A stretch of DNA of 64,000 nucleotides from Bugula neritina (GCA_964035545.1 OZ037771.1:11908480-11972479), one strand, 5' to 3'; counted from the stretch's first letter, positions 50,793-63,673 are shown. A program made the numbers and translations. Notes: generated from the sequence alone by a model not told the origin.

Positions 50793-53169
50793 ATGGCAGA
50801 AGACGGCACGGAGCTACCCATTCCACTGAACGAAGGTGAGAGAGATAATGTTGAGATACCTGTGGAACCAGTAGTGTTGGAAGAAGTGAGAATTCCTAGA
50901 GAGCCTGGTGAAGACAGATACCGGCTGAAGGCGCCCACCTTCACAGGCGAAGAGGCAGTAGAGCAGTTTATCCAAGGATTCCAAGATGTGATGGAAGTTG
51001 CACAGTAGCCACCAAAGGTGGCGTTGCTCAAGCTCAGGATGGCGCTGACGGACAAGACTAAGCCGTACGGAGCGGGACCTGACAGACGGAATCTTTGCTT
51101 CTATGCAGGCCCACTTTGGCATTTCGGCAGCTGGTCAATAGTCGTCGCCAACCGTGGACCCCTCGACCCACAGCGAGGGAGGTGCAACCACGGCAAACAC
51201 AGCTGCAGCCACACGGAAGTAGCTACTTCCTGCCAGGAAAACCAGCCGGCAAGCCTGCCAACTTCCTTCTGGACTCAGGCTGCATCATCAACCTCCTTAG
51301 CCGTCAATTCTTTGACACCCTCAGCGCTAAGGTCAAGGACGGGTTAGCACCGTATGAGGGGGATCATGGCACCCTGGCAGACGGGGCGTGCATTCCCTTC
51401 TACGGCATTATTGAGCTGACTGGTTACATCCGTAACCAGGCCATCCAAGAGACGTTGATCGTCGGGCAGCTCAACGAGGACGCTATCCTCGGGATGCCAT
51501 TCTTACAACGACACGGATGTCGCATCGATTTCAGTAAATCTGCGATGATCATGGGCGACAGGGAGCTGGCTTGTGTCGATAAGTTTGGTCGTCCTCTAGC
51601 GGGAGCAGTGCAGGTAGTACGGAGCTGTACGATACCAGGCCACTCCCGGGCTACCGTCTGCTGCAAAGTAGACGGTGGCCAAACCTCTAAGTTGGGAGTT
51701 GTCGAAACTTGCCCATAGCTTTAGCCGGCTTACGGGACAAAGAGAGATCTCAGTGCAGTGCGTCAACCCCTCTTCAGAGACAGTAGACCTACCACCCAGG
51801 TCCATGCTGGGCCGCTTCCATCCTGTCCAGGAGGAAGCCATTGGGCCGTCGTCGGGAGCTACGGCGGAAGGTCCTCAGCAGAGCCCGTCTCAAGGGCGGA
51901 GGACCGTCCCAACCCACGCCTCCCACCTTCCAGGGACGCGTGGCTACACAGGCAACGAAAAGCGCCAGGCTGTGGCTAGGTTGCCACATGGGTACAGTGA
52001 GGCGCTCCGCCACACAGACCACGACGCCCGCCTAAATAGAGCAGGCCGTCGTGAGGTACCACGGGCGGCGAAGACCGCCCATGCTCAGCAACTCCAACAG
52101 AGGGTTGACAGGCCCCTGGAGGCTGTCCAGAGCCTCCGCGCCAAAGCTGTATGGGCTGGTAACGTTAGGGAGCTGCCGAAGCTCCAGGAAAGCCTTCCTG
52201 GGGTGGTAGCCGACGTGTACTGAGCGAAACAGGAAGGGCGACGACCCAGTAGTAAACAACGGCGACAGGGATGCGCCGAGTTACGGCTGTACTGTCAACG
52301 TTGGAACTCTCTGCGGGTCGGGCCAGATGGTCTGCTGACCATGACCTTAGACGCCAACAACAGACAGCCAACCAGGAAGAGGATCGTCTGCCCAGCCGCC
52401 GTCCGCCGGAAGTTGATACAAGACACCCACGAGAAGACTCACGGAGGAGTCCAAGGGGTGGTCACCAAGCTACAACTCCGATGGTACTGGCCCAACATTG
52501 AGCGGGATATCCGGCGCAGAGTGAGACGGTGCAAAGTCTGCCAGACCAACAAGCATAGCCGTCTCCCTGGTGAAGCGGGGCGGCAGACGCATTGTGCGAG
52601 AAGGTCTTGGCAAGCGGAGACTGTCGTCCTGGCCGGAAACACCTCCATGACACCTCAGGAAGACTTGGCGAGGCGAGAAAGGCCACTTCCATCCTTGAAA
52701 GTGCGCCCACCGCCCCCAACGTCAAGCCTGCCATCACCATCACTTCCGGAACCAAAAACCCCCCGTGGGAGGGGCTCCGCAAGGAGATACCAACGTAGGA
52801 ACAACCGTCACAAACAGGCTGGAAAAACCACCCGTGAGACATAACAATCCACGGGTGAGCACACCGCCTCCCACATTGACGACGCCTCCAGGACCACACA
52901 CTAGGCAACCCCCAGCGTGTCTCAGAGACTGTGTACGTGACCGCGGTACAACCAGCAGTAAGGAAAGTCTAGCGAGGTCTCGCATGGGAAAACTGGCAAA
53001 GAGACGTGGGAGTTGTGAACACCACGGAAATCTCAACTTCTGCCTCGGCGGAATCTCACACGAGATTCATCCGCTGGAAGTGAAAAGCCCTAGTCACGTT
53101 TCACAACCACGCTGTCCAGTCTTTTCCTACGTTGATGCAGTCAAGAGTAGACGTGCCACTAAACAGTAA
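50793..53169 (+). pseudogene. Deleted gag-pol remnants of C (gag N-terminus, protease, integrase H2C2, pol tail)
   Basis: KAPTFTGEEAVEQFI followed by a stop. LLDSGC and THEKTHGG...CKVC are present. No YLDD, DTDAS or D-D-E motifs anywhere in the element. Confidence 0.88.
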
Positions 53170-53192
53170 TCATTTACCGCTCTCATTCCAAA

Positions 53193-54250
53193 ATGTCTTA
53201 CTATTCTGGATCGAAGGGTGAGTTAATTATGTTTTTGGTACGATAACTAGACTGCATCAGTCAGCTTTAGCTACACTAGCTAACGAGCTGGAGATTCGAT
53301 AATGATAAACAGTGGTGGGAATACACGTCGATTTTGATTTTAAATAATCTGCCATAGCGAGTGTGTTCTCCATCAACTATTCATTAGTCTGAATCTCACG
53401 AGTGTAACTGAACAGGATACCAGTCAGGCTGTACACGCCGACGGTACCTCAGTGTATAATCTTTAACACTGCTACTCTTTCAGATCATACTCGAGTGACC
53501 ACCTCCCGGTCACGGGACCAGCCAACTCCTCTACCTATGGAAGAAGAACCTGTAATGGAGAATGGCTTACCCGTGGTGCTTCGTCGACGACACCGCTGGG
53601 TGTCACCCACGACGGAAAGGAGAATTGAGGAAGCCTGGGGACCCAGTGAACCCCACCGGACCTGCCAGGTCTGCTTCGAGGAGTGCCCGTCACACCGCTC
53701 CCTGCGTCTGCATGTAGACGCCCATTTTCTACTCCATTTCTGCCCATGCAAGTTCCACGATGTATACCCGTATCCTGTGATCGTCCACGAGTTGAGCTGC
53801 TTCGCCGGAGAGGGCCATATTGTTGATGAGGACAGTTTCCCCCAGTACCTAGACACCATCAAGCCAGTCATCAAGAAGGCTATCACCCTGGTCGCACTAG
53901 CGTCAGGATTCCAAGCACTGCTGTTATCCGCCCGCCATAAGTCCCCTATGGTCCAGGGCCCGTCTCCTACCCCCGTCAACCCTAGCAACACCCCCGAATT
54001 AGAAGGAACAACAATACCCCCAATAACAGAGACTACTACAACCTCACCAAGGCCTAGCCGACTGGCTAATGTAGAAGAGCGGCTTGTAAAACTACAAGTC
54101 GAGTTTATGCAACTGGCCCCTGACCTGCTGGATACGACGACAGGTCTATACCAGCTGAAGGACTCAGTGGGGCGACTGAAGAGGCGGCTACGTGCCCGAC
54201 AGGCTCGACACAGAGCACGCTCGCTACAAGAGTCAGAGTCCACCCAATGA
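53193..54250 (+). CDS. Accessory zinc-finger and coiled-coil protein of C. Predicted exons 53193-53217 and 53484-54250 (263 aa)
   Basis: ATG...AAGG|GTGAGT donor, TTAAC branch-like site, CTACTCTTTCAG|AT acceptor. CQVC-x12-HVDAH plus CPC-x12-HELSC. Homologous to the B protein. Confidence 0.82.
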
Positions 54251-55236
54251 GTATGCCTGGGGTAGGCACCTTTCGTTGAGCTGTATTTCGTCTGGAAAGT
54301 GACGAGTGCTCCGACATTAGCCCGCGTGATGGTAAGCACCCTCTCTCTTTATAGCTGACTAGATGTGTGTGTTCGATCACCCTGTTTACTTCTGTATATA
54401 AATGTTGTCGTACTCAACTATTTCTCTTCTTCCTTTTTGTGTGTTTACTTATGTATGTTTTTCTTTTTGGATTATTGTATTGTTTTTCTTTATGCGTTTT
54501 TTTTTTGTATTGTGTTATCAGAAAGTAGGGCTTTCTGCCGGGGGGGGGGGGCGGTGTAGTGAGTCATGCAAAGTACAAATACGGGAATTGCCCTCTCTCC
54601 GTTCTTGGAATACTAAGGCCCTTATGTAGCAACCAATTAGCAGCACCGGAAGATATGCTTCCGACTCACGTGACACTTCCCGGGCTATTGACAATTGATC
54701 ACGGGAGGCTTGAAGTAGAAACATGTGTTAGTAGTTGACTGATGTATAGGATAATTTGATATAATGTTTGCTTTGTGTTTTATTGTGGATAATAAATATA
54801 ATTACTCGACAGCTACCCTAGTAATTGCTAGTAGAATAGCCAACTAAGTATACGCAAGTAGATAACTCACGCACAGTAATTGCACAAATTACTACAGCTG
54901 AAACAATATATTTTTGTTTCCTATTGCTCCACAAGTAAACTATATAATTATGTTGAAAAAATAATATATGTGTGGTGTGGGATATTTCATTGCAGGTTAG
55001 TGTCCAAGAGACGGAAAATGTTGATAGCACACCAAGAACAAAATTATTATCTATATGATGGTTTTTTTCTGACTCAAGAATTAGGTTAGGGACTATACTT
55101 TGTATTTTAATATAGATTTTGGGGTTATTTTTCTTCGACGTATATATTTTTGGAATACTTCTAACACCATTTGTAATGGAAAATTGAGTTATCTTTTTTC
55201 TATATATTTTCAGAACAATTTTACTTTTTGTCATAT

Positions 55237-55864
55237 TGTGATATTTTTGTGGGTTGAATAGAACTAGTGCCTGAACATACTCTTTGTTAGAGAGAACAAG
55301 ATGTATTGTATAGTTGAAGAAATCTTTATTTAGTCGAATTATATATAATAGTAAAGGTCTTTTGCCAGTGAGCTCCAGTAGTAGACTGAACTACACTGGA
55401 GCTCGCTGGCTTTTATATACAACAAGATACAGTGCTTTTTCATTGTTGCCGAGATCGGAGGCCCGAAATGCCGAAAATCAGCACTTCGGTAGTCCGAAAC
55501 ACCGAATTTCGGCACTTCGGGCTTCCGGTAGCCCGAAATACCGATTTTCGGTATTTCGGCATTTCGAAAAACCGAAATGCCGATCTCGCAACCGGAAAAA
55601 AGTACATGCAAACATCTACTACACAATTACAGCATAAAAACTGATACGCAACATTAGTACAAGAAATATTACATAACTTCAGAATGCGTATTTCAGTAAA
55701 ATTACATTATGTTGAAAGCTTCAACAGTAATTACCATACTTAGGCATTAGCAAGCTAGCTTACTTAACTATAATTACAGAGTTAATAACGATACGCAACA
55801 GTATTTATGATATACTGTTGCACGCTGTTATTTCGCAACTAATAGAGGGTAAAAATCCATTACA
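55237..55864 (-). repeat. 3' LTR of D with TATA box (55411-55417), 16-bp hairpin (55364-55410) and AATAAA (55325-55330) on the minus strand
   Basis: TG...CA ends. The right half is nearly identical to 60399-60737. Confidence 0.88.
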
Positions 55865-56067
55865 TTCTCCCCCCATCGAAAAGCATCCCCTTTTCGATAA
55901 CAGAGACAAAGTGTTTGTACAAACAGGTCAAAAATAAAACACAACAGTAGAAAATATGTGGTTAACAGAAAAGTATTATGATTAAGCACGCGTGTCACAA
56001 TAAACAATCGTAGTAGCACCCACAATATATACAGTTCGGGTGGCTAATGCCTAATTGTTCGGTTTGG

Positions 56068-59000
56068 TCATTGGAGGTGGTGCACCAGGCCTTCTATCTC
56101 TTCAGTACATCGGTCAAGGATACTGGACCAGGCCTGGATTGCACTATCCAGGACGCACTCGCGGTAAGGAGGTGCCACATTTTGCCGGTGGCGGGGCATC
56201 TGCGGATGCGGCGGCTGAATCTTCTCTCCTATTTGGCTGACTGGTGCTCCAGGCTCTTTGCCTAGTCTTGCCAGTGCTACCCGTAGAGGCTGGGTGGTGG
56301 CTGCGGCAGCGCCATCTCCAATCAGCTGAGCAGGTAGCAGGGACGTGGCCCCATCTTTCTTCTCTTGAGGGGGTTCCAAGTCGGTCAGGAGTATGGGGTA
56401 TCGCCACCTACCTTGGCCAACATTACCCGAAAAAGCTGGGTATCTGTTGTCCAGGTGACTGTGCTGGTCTGGGGGCTGTTGCTTTTGAAGAAGTCCTGTA
56501 CTGCCAGGGCTATTCTGCAACTGAGACTCGGAGTTTTTACCCGTACTGGGTGTACCACTCCTTTGTGGGGACATCTCCATGTGTCCCACGTGATAGTCCG
56601 CCAAATATCTGAGTGGTTTCCTATCTTTTTGACTCCTCAATGGATGGGCAGGCACTTGTAGTGCCAGTGGCTCTTCAGTTGCCAATGTAGGGAGGTCTCC
56701 GCCTTCACTCGTAACACGGGTGGGGGTGTCCTCCCCCGAGAGGGGTGGTGGCCCTAGGGCCTGCTGCTGCTGCCGCCGTTCCTGCCTTTGCAGCTGTTCA
56801 AGCTGTTCCAGCAGGGCGGCCTGTCCCTGATCCGCCTCCCTTGGGATGACAATTTCCACTTCTCGGGGTTGGGTGGTCCTTCCCCGATGGTTGGGCTGGC
56901 AGTTGGGCTTCAGGAGGGATGGTGCTTGACCCACTGCGTCTGGGCTGGCATGGTAAGGTTTCAGGCGCTGCTCGCTCTAGACCGAGACCTGGCCAGAGCG
57001 CTCCACACGGTACGTGTGGTTGGGCAGCACCTCCACTACACAGTAGGGACCGACGAACTTGGGCTGAAGCTTAGCCGACGGTCCGCGTCGCCTACAATAG
57101 CTCACCATCTAGACCCAGTCTCCCACCTGGTACAATGGGGGCTCTTCCGAGTCCTCTGTGCGGGTCTGCCACTGCTGGGTACGCAGTGCATCATGAGCTT
57201 TGCCCATGATGTCTATCAGACCCTCCACATACTCGTATACCGGTGACTCGGGGGCAGGAACATGGTATGTCAGGTGTTCCGGAACCCGCATCTCTCGGCC
57301 TAGCATCAGGAAGTTTGGGGTCTCCTGCGTGGCGGAGTGTGGTGTGCTGCGGTAGGCCCGCATGATTTGCGGCAGCACCACGTCCCATTCTTCCAGACCT
57401 CGACCAAGGAGCTGGCTCCTGAGGGCGTCACCCAACATCCTGTTGTTCCGCTCGACGACTCCGTTCCCTTGCGGGTGATATGGGGTGGTCCAACTCTGGT
57501 TCACCCCCCATATCCGGCAGAGGTCTCCCATGAGCTGGGACTGGAACTGGGCACCCTGGTCCGTATGTATCTGCTCGGGTAAACCGAGGTAACAGAATAC
57601 ATGTTGGTCCAGGGTCCGGGCCACCGTGGGGGCTGTTGCGTCTGGAATAGCCAGAGCATCTGCCCACCGGGTAAAGTGGTCCGTGAGCACCAGTATCCAG
57701 GTGTTCCCTCTGGCGGATAACGGCATAGGCCCAACGAGGTCTAACGCCACTACTTGCCACGGTCGACCAGCGTACAGCCGGCGTCGACCAGTGGTTTCCA
57801 TGGGGCGGCCATGCTTGCTAGCTTGGCAGACCTCGCATTGCCGTACCTGCAGTCGTACGACCCGAGTCATTCCGGGCCAATACCAACGCAGCCGCAGACA
57901 CCTGATGACCCGACTGACTCCAGAATGAGCCTGCTTATGGGTGTCCCAGATCAGTCCCGTCGGAGGGCGCGTGGACAGACGACGCGGTCTCTCTCCTGCT
58001 GACGGTTGTCTGCTGCCCACGTTATCGTCAGGAGGCCAACAGGACTGACCTTGAAGGCATCCCAACGACGACAGAGGAGTTGGAACTCAACGTCTCCCTG
58101 CCACTGCTGTTCCTCGCTAGGTCGTCGGCCCTCCTTCTTGGCCCGGAAAATGTCTGCTACCGCGCCGGGTAGCGTCTGCTGGTGTCGGCACAGCTCCTTG
58201 ACATTCTGGTACAGAGTGGGGTTGGCGTGGAGCGCCTGGACGTCGTCTGAGTGGGTTTCGGTCCGAAGATGGCCGTGCTCCCACCGATAGACGGCGCCTT
58301 CCCCTAACTCTGTTTCTACGTCAAGGTGAGCGGGTCCCCCGTCCCGCTTTTCAATGTGCAGGCATTGCTTACAGTCCTCTACCGGCCGGCGGCTCATGCC
58401 GTCGGCGTTCCCGTGCTTCCGGCCAGCACGGTGCTCTATCCGGTAAGATAACTCGGCAAGAATCTCTAGCCAACGAGCTACCTGGCTCGAGGGCTCCGCA
58501 CGTTTACACAACCATATCAGTGATGCATGGTCTGTTCGCAAACAGAACGTTCTCCCATACAGATATGGCCGAAAGTGCTTGACCGCCTTGACTACTGCTA
58601 GGAGTTCCTTCCTAGTGGTGCAGTAGTTCTTCTCGGCGGCCGCGAGAGTCTTGCTGTAGCAAGCCACGACCACCTCACTTCCACCCTGGACTTGAGACAG
58701 GACAGCTCCCATGCTGTGGTCACTAGCGTCGGTGTCCAAGATGTATTCCTTGGCTGGATCAGGATACGCCAGAGTTGGTGCCTCCATTAGCCGTTGCTTG
58801 AGGTGGTCGAATGCCTGCTGCTCCTTCTGCGTCCACTGCCACCGGACCCCTTTTGCGGTCAGCCGATTTAACGGCTGAGCCACTCCTGCGAAGCCAGGTA
58901 TGTACTGCCGGTAGTACCCTACTAGGCCCAAGAATGCGCGCAACTCAGGGAGGTCACGGGGGACAGTCCACTCCTTCACAGCCTGTACCTTCTCTGGGTC

Positions 59001-60398
59001 GGTAGCGACCCCATCACGGCCCACCACATGGCCCAGGTACGTGACTTCCGGCTGCAAGAGTGCACACTTGGAGGGCTTCAGCTGAGTCCAGCTGCCCGGA
59101 GGCAGTCAAAGACCTCCCGCAGACGACTGACATGAGTCGAAAAGTCTGGGGATATGACAATGACGTCGTCCAGATAGATGAGGAGGGTCTTCCAGTGTAA
59201 TTCACTGAGGACCTGATCCATGAGCCGTTGGAAAGTTGCCGGGGCGGACATTAGTCCAAATGGCAGTACTTTCCACTTCCAGAGCCCGTCGCGAGTAATG
59301 AATGCTGCTTTGTCCTGGGCATCAGGACTGAGGGGCACTTGCCAGTACCTGCTAAGCAGATCCAAAGTACTGAAGTACTTGCTACCCGCGAGGGCATCCA
59401 GAGACTCATCTATCCGTGGGAGAGGGTAGGCGTCTTGGATGGTAACGCTGTTGAGTCTGCGGTAGTCCACACAGAACCTCCAGCTACCATCTTTCTTCTT
59501 GACCAGGACTACTGGAGAGCTCCACGCACCGTGGGCAGGCTCAATCAGATCCCGGTCGAGAAGATCTTGCACCTGTCGGCTCACCTCCTTCTCTTTCTCC
59601 GGGCCTAGACGCTGGGTGGGCTGCCTGATGGGAGTGGTGCCGGCTGCCAGGGGTATCTCGTGAGAGATAACCTTAGTCAGCCCCATGTCTTCATCACCAC
59701 GACTGAAGACATCACTGTACTCCGCAAGTAGTTGAGCTAGTACTTGGCGTTCAGTACTACTCGTACAGTTGCCGCACGCTCCATCGTACAGGTCAGCCAT
59801 ATGCTCCGGGACTGCTCTTCGGCTGGTGCGAGGGGGGTTTCCCTGGGTATCGGCCACTGTTTCCAGTGCCGGACCCACATTCGCGTCCTGGATAGAGTGG
59901 TACTTCCCCACCAGCGCTCCGGCCAATAATCGGACAGGTTCCGTGAAGGGGTTGATACACTGCACGAGGAGCTCTTGCCGACAATCTAGCCGATTCAGGC
60001 TGTTTGCTAGTCGGATCGCTCCGTGCGTTCCCTCAACCACTCCCAGGTCAGCGATCTCCTTGCAGTTGACTCTGCAGCGGAGAGTCGCTTGGGATCTTCT
60101 CGGAACTGTGCAGTCCTGCACTACCTGGACTCCACCCACCAAGGGTATGCCGAACTTGTCAACACAGACAAGTTCCCTTCCAGCCATCACCACCACCGAC
60201 TTCTGGAAATCCATGCGGCACTGGTGTTTCTCCAGAAATGGCATTCCTAGGATAGCGTCCTCCTTCAGCTGGCTGACTATGAACGTCTCGTGAATCGCTT
60301 GATCACGGACGCGACCAGGTAGCGTAATAACGCCGTAAAAAGGGATGCACGATCCGTCCGCCAACGTACCATGCGCACCTTCGTACGGCTCGAGGCTC
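56068..60398 (-). pseudogene. pol: pol pseudogene of D
   Basis: RT YLDD, RNase H LDTDAS and integrase D-D-E are present. Frameshifts at about 59085 and 57955, stops at 57109 and about 56977. Confidence 0.92.
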
Positions 60399-62128
60399 GC
60401 CCGAAATGCCGATTTTCAGTATTTCGGCATTAATTTTCGGAAAACCGAAATGCCGATCTCGCAACCGGAAAAAAGTACATGCAAACATCTACTACACAAT
60501 TACAGCATAAAAACTGATACGCAACATTAGTACAAGAAATATTACATAACTTCAGAATGCGTATTTCAGTAAAATTACATTATGTTGAAAGCTTCAACAG
60601 TAATTACCATACTTAGGCATTAGAAAGCTAGCTTACTTAACTATAATTACAGAGTTAATAACGATACGCAACAGTATTTATGATATACTGTTGCACGCTG
60701 TTATTTCGCAACTAATAGAGGGTAAAAATCCATTACAATATGAATCTGATTTCGGTCGGATTTTTGGTGTCTGATTCAGCCCAAAATTTGGACGAAGTAT
60801 TCTAGAATTTGAGGCGCCCGAATTCTAGAGCATGATGAAAGGGTGAGCTCTCCAGCATAAATTGATCAGTCTACTGCTGGAGCTCGAAAGGAACGTGTCC
60901 TACATGTACATACAGACTATTATACTTTTCTAGGAAACATGTAGATAGAGACACCTAATTACATCTGGAATTGCCTGCTCTCTATTTTTTCTTCCACAGA
61001 GAGTTATGTTCTCTGGATAATATTCTATAAAGCCCCAATTTATCACAGGATATTATGTATAGTATCTCATTGAATTAAATTAGTTATTTAACATAGTATA
61101 TTAATGATGCATTAATTCAGAAAAATGAAACAGTGATTGAAGAATTATAAAACTAGCTAATTTTGATAGCTTTTACAAACTATATTTATACAAAAAAATG
61201 ACGCTTGTTTAGATCACAATAGTTTCTTTCGTGAACGAAGCTGGTTTATTCAATGCAAATAATATAATTCTTTATCATTACAGTGTACATTTATACATAT
61301 TTTTATGTTATAGAAGCTTAAACATCTGTCTTTTACAACACCAAGTTGGCACATTTATCTGCTGTTATAATTAAACATACTTCATAGCAGATGACAGAAA
61401 TTCTAAACAATTTATTATAAAAAAGCTATATGTTTATGTTAAAAATGCGGTGAAACATTTTAGCTTTCAACACTATTTTACTTTATAGCTTTATCACTGA
61501 TTATCATGGTCAGCTTTGTTGTTCTTGTTTAATTTAAAAGTGTTTTTGACACATAGCTGCATTACCTTCATGCTCTCATGTGAGCACAGAATATTATTAG
61601 CTTGTCATGGTAAAATATTATAAGTCAACTCTAATTCATGGTACTGGAGCTAATTGTCTCCAATAAAATAGATGAGGGTGATCCTTTATTTGTTACAGAA
61701 AATACCACAAGGCTTATGAAATTGCAATAACAAAAACTAAACTTGATTCGGTATGTATATCAAAGTTTATTTCCACATGTTAAAATTGTAGTTTTAAAAG
61801 AAGGCAACTTCAAAAGAGTTGGAAATGAACCATTGGGAAGTTGTTTTTAACATAATCTGTTGAAACACATTGGGGGGGGGGGCAAAAATTCAAAATCAGA
61901 AATAATACCAATTAGAAAGTTCTGCAGAAAGATAAACATTATTGCCGTTAATTTTCTTTGATTGCCTTTTTCAATGCCATGAAGCTGGAGACAATAGACG
62001 AAAGAGCTTCTAACAGTTTAAGTAGAAATTCAAGCATCTTGTGGGTTTAAAACCTGCAAATATAAATAACATATTTGGTTGTCTAAAAATACCACTATAT
62101 ATAAATTAATTATAATATTAATTATAGA

Positions 62129-62202
<74 letters not shown>

Positions 62203-62207
62203 CAATC

Positions 62208-62250
62208 TGTGGACAGCAGCTGTTTCGGGGTTTGTCCCCTCATCAGCACA
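62208..62250 (-). ncRNA. Type I hammerhead ribozyme embedded in a (TA)n microsatellite
   Basis: TGTG-CTGATGA-GGGG(ACAAA)CCCC-GAAA-CAG(CTG)CTG-TC-CACA. Complete core, three stems, GUC cleavage triplet. Confidence 0.88.
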
Positions 62251-63487
62251 TATATATATATTATATAATGCTTTATTTAAAAGTACAGCATTTATAACTG
62301 CACAGTTGAAACAAAAAGTTGTAGAAAAAGTGATACTAAATTACTCATTAAATAAACACATGTAATTTATCCAAGTTTACATCAATTTGTAATTATTTTA
62401 AGCACTATTCAAAGACAATATATTAATAAAACCCCATTATATAATTAAATCTTACTTTTAAAATTTTAAAATTTAAAGACTATATGCATGTTTAACTTTG
62501 TTATTAATTTGTTATTTACCATGGAAACATGAAGACAACTTAGCAGCTTCAACACTTTATTATAAATTAATGAATAATTAGGTAACGTATAGACTCACCT
62601 CTGTATGGAGCTGAAAATGTGTATATTTTAGAAAGCTTCTACCTGTCTCAGGACTATGTGATTGCCTCTGCACAGCCAGTTGTAGTGGCTTGTGATTGAA
62701 AACCTGATCGCTTTTATACTTAACTCTTATCTCACTTCAACCAATCAACATTGACGCACGACCTTGTTCGATTCTAAATTTAGTTTCTTGCTCCTCCAAC
62801 AGGATCTTTGACTCAGATCAAGTTTTCCAAAAAAGTTTGCTCTTAGAATATGTAAAAACTTTATTTGCTGCTATTTCGTAGGTTTTATGTTATCCTGTGG
62901 AACTGAATATGTATTTGCCAGTTCATGTTTGTATTAAACTATCTGCTATCATAACAATACAATACCTTTCATTACACAGTTTTATAAAGACAGGTGATGC
63001 ACAGAATATAAGAATCTGATATTTTGTTATGCAGTTTGATATCATTATATATAAACAAAGCAATTTGTATTGTATGTCATCCAAGCAACGCCTTGAGTAG
63101 TGGGATGGCTTGTCTAAGGTATATTTTCAGACGTACAATTTTTAGAAAGTGAACCCAATGCTTATGGAATTGATTTATGAAATAAACTGTTACACTGTTT
63201 ATAACAAAACTTGTACAAATATTTTTAGAAGCATGCATTTTGCATTTGCACTTGCAGGATTTTGTTAAGGTATTATAATAGTGAGTACTGCACTGTACAC
63301 ACTGCTAGTTGGCTGTGTCTTACATGGTCTATTCTAGCTCGACATCAACTCTGTGAATGAAATTGATTTATTAGTCGGAATTTGATGTAAAGGAGGGCAT
63401 AAATTGTGTCTGATAAGAGAAACAGGTCTTTCTAGCCTTGATGAATGACACCTTTTAAGAAAGAGAGAGGAAACTATATATATATTA

Positions 63488-63555
<68 letters not shown>

Positions 63556-63580
63556 TAATGAACGATAAAATTTGACTTAA

Positions 63581-63641
63581 AACACTTTATTACTACTAGT
63601 TTCATGTACATTGAATATGCACAGTCTTCAGATAAAATGTT
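63581..63641 (-). ncRNA. Type I hammerhead ribozyme in the 3' region of the Penelope-like element
   Basis: AACATTTTAT-CTGAAGA-C-TGTGCAT(ATTCA)ATGTACA-T-GAAA-CT(AGT)AG-TA-ATAAAGTGTT. 10-bp stem I, 7-bp stem II (C.U mismatch at its base), GUA triplet. Confidence 0.75.
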
Positions 63642-63673
63642 CAGGTTTAGTATAACAAGAATAAAAACACATG

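Larger units (their letters stand above)
50405..54896 (+). mobile_element. Non-autonomous Gypsy element C (4.5 kb; RT, RNase H, integrase core and much of gag deleted)
   Basis: LTRs 50405-50757 and 54555-54896 (about 5 substitutions and an 11-bp indel). TSD GCTG. PBS TGGTGGCAGCGGTGGGAT at 50759-50776. G-run PPT. Confidence 0.96.
55237..60737 (-). mobile_element. Gypsy element D, internally deleted (lacks the inner half of the 5' LTR, PBS, gag and protease N-terminus)
   Basis: 3' LTR 55237-55864 and 5' LTR remnant 60399-60737. TSD ATAT (55233-55236 and 60738-60741). PPT GGGGGGAGAA at 55865-55874. Confidence 0.94.
55172..61047 (+). repeat. Probable old solo LTR of a D-related family (55172-55236 plus 60742-61047), split by insertion of D
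   Basis: Starts TGTAATGGA and ends TATCACA like the D LTR in its own orientation. Shares TCAGTCTACT.CTGGAGCTC and the U5-end sequence. No TSD match. Confidence 0.55.

Noticed and set aside
53485-54339. 284-aa antisense ORF in C and the many other antisense or overlapping ORFs inside the Gypsy elements
   Set aside because: Shadows of GC-rich coding sequence with no motifs, and no full-length counterpart between elements.
62590-63460. Possible minus-strand host exons
   Set aside because: Scattered splice-like signals, an implausibly short intron and no recognisable protein.
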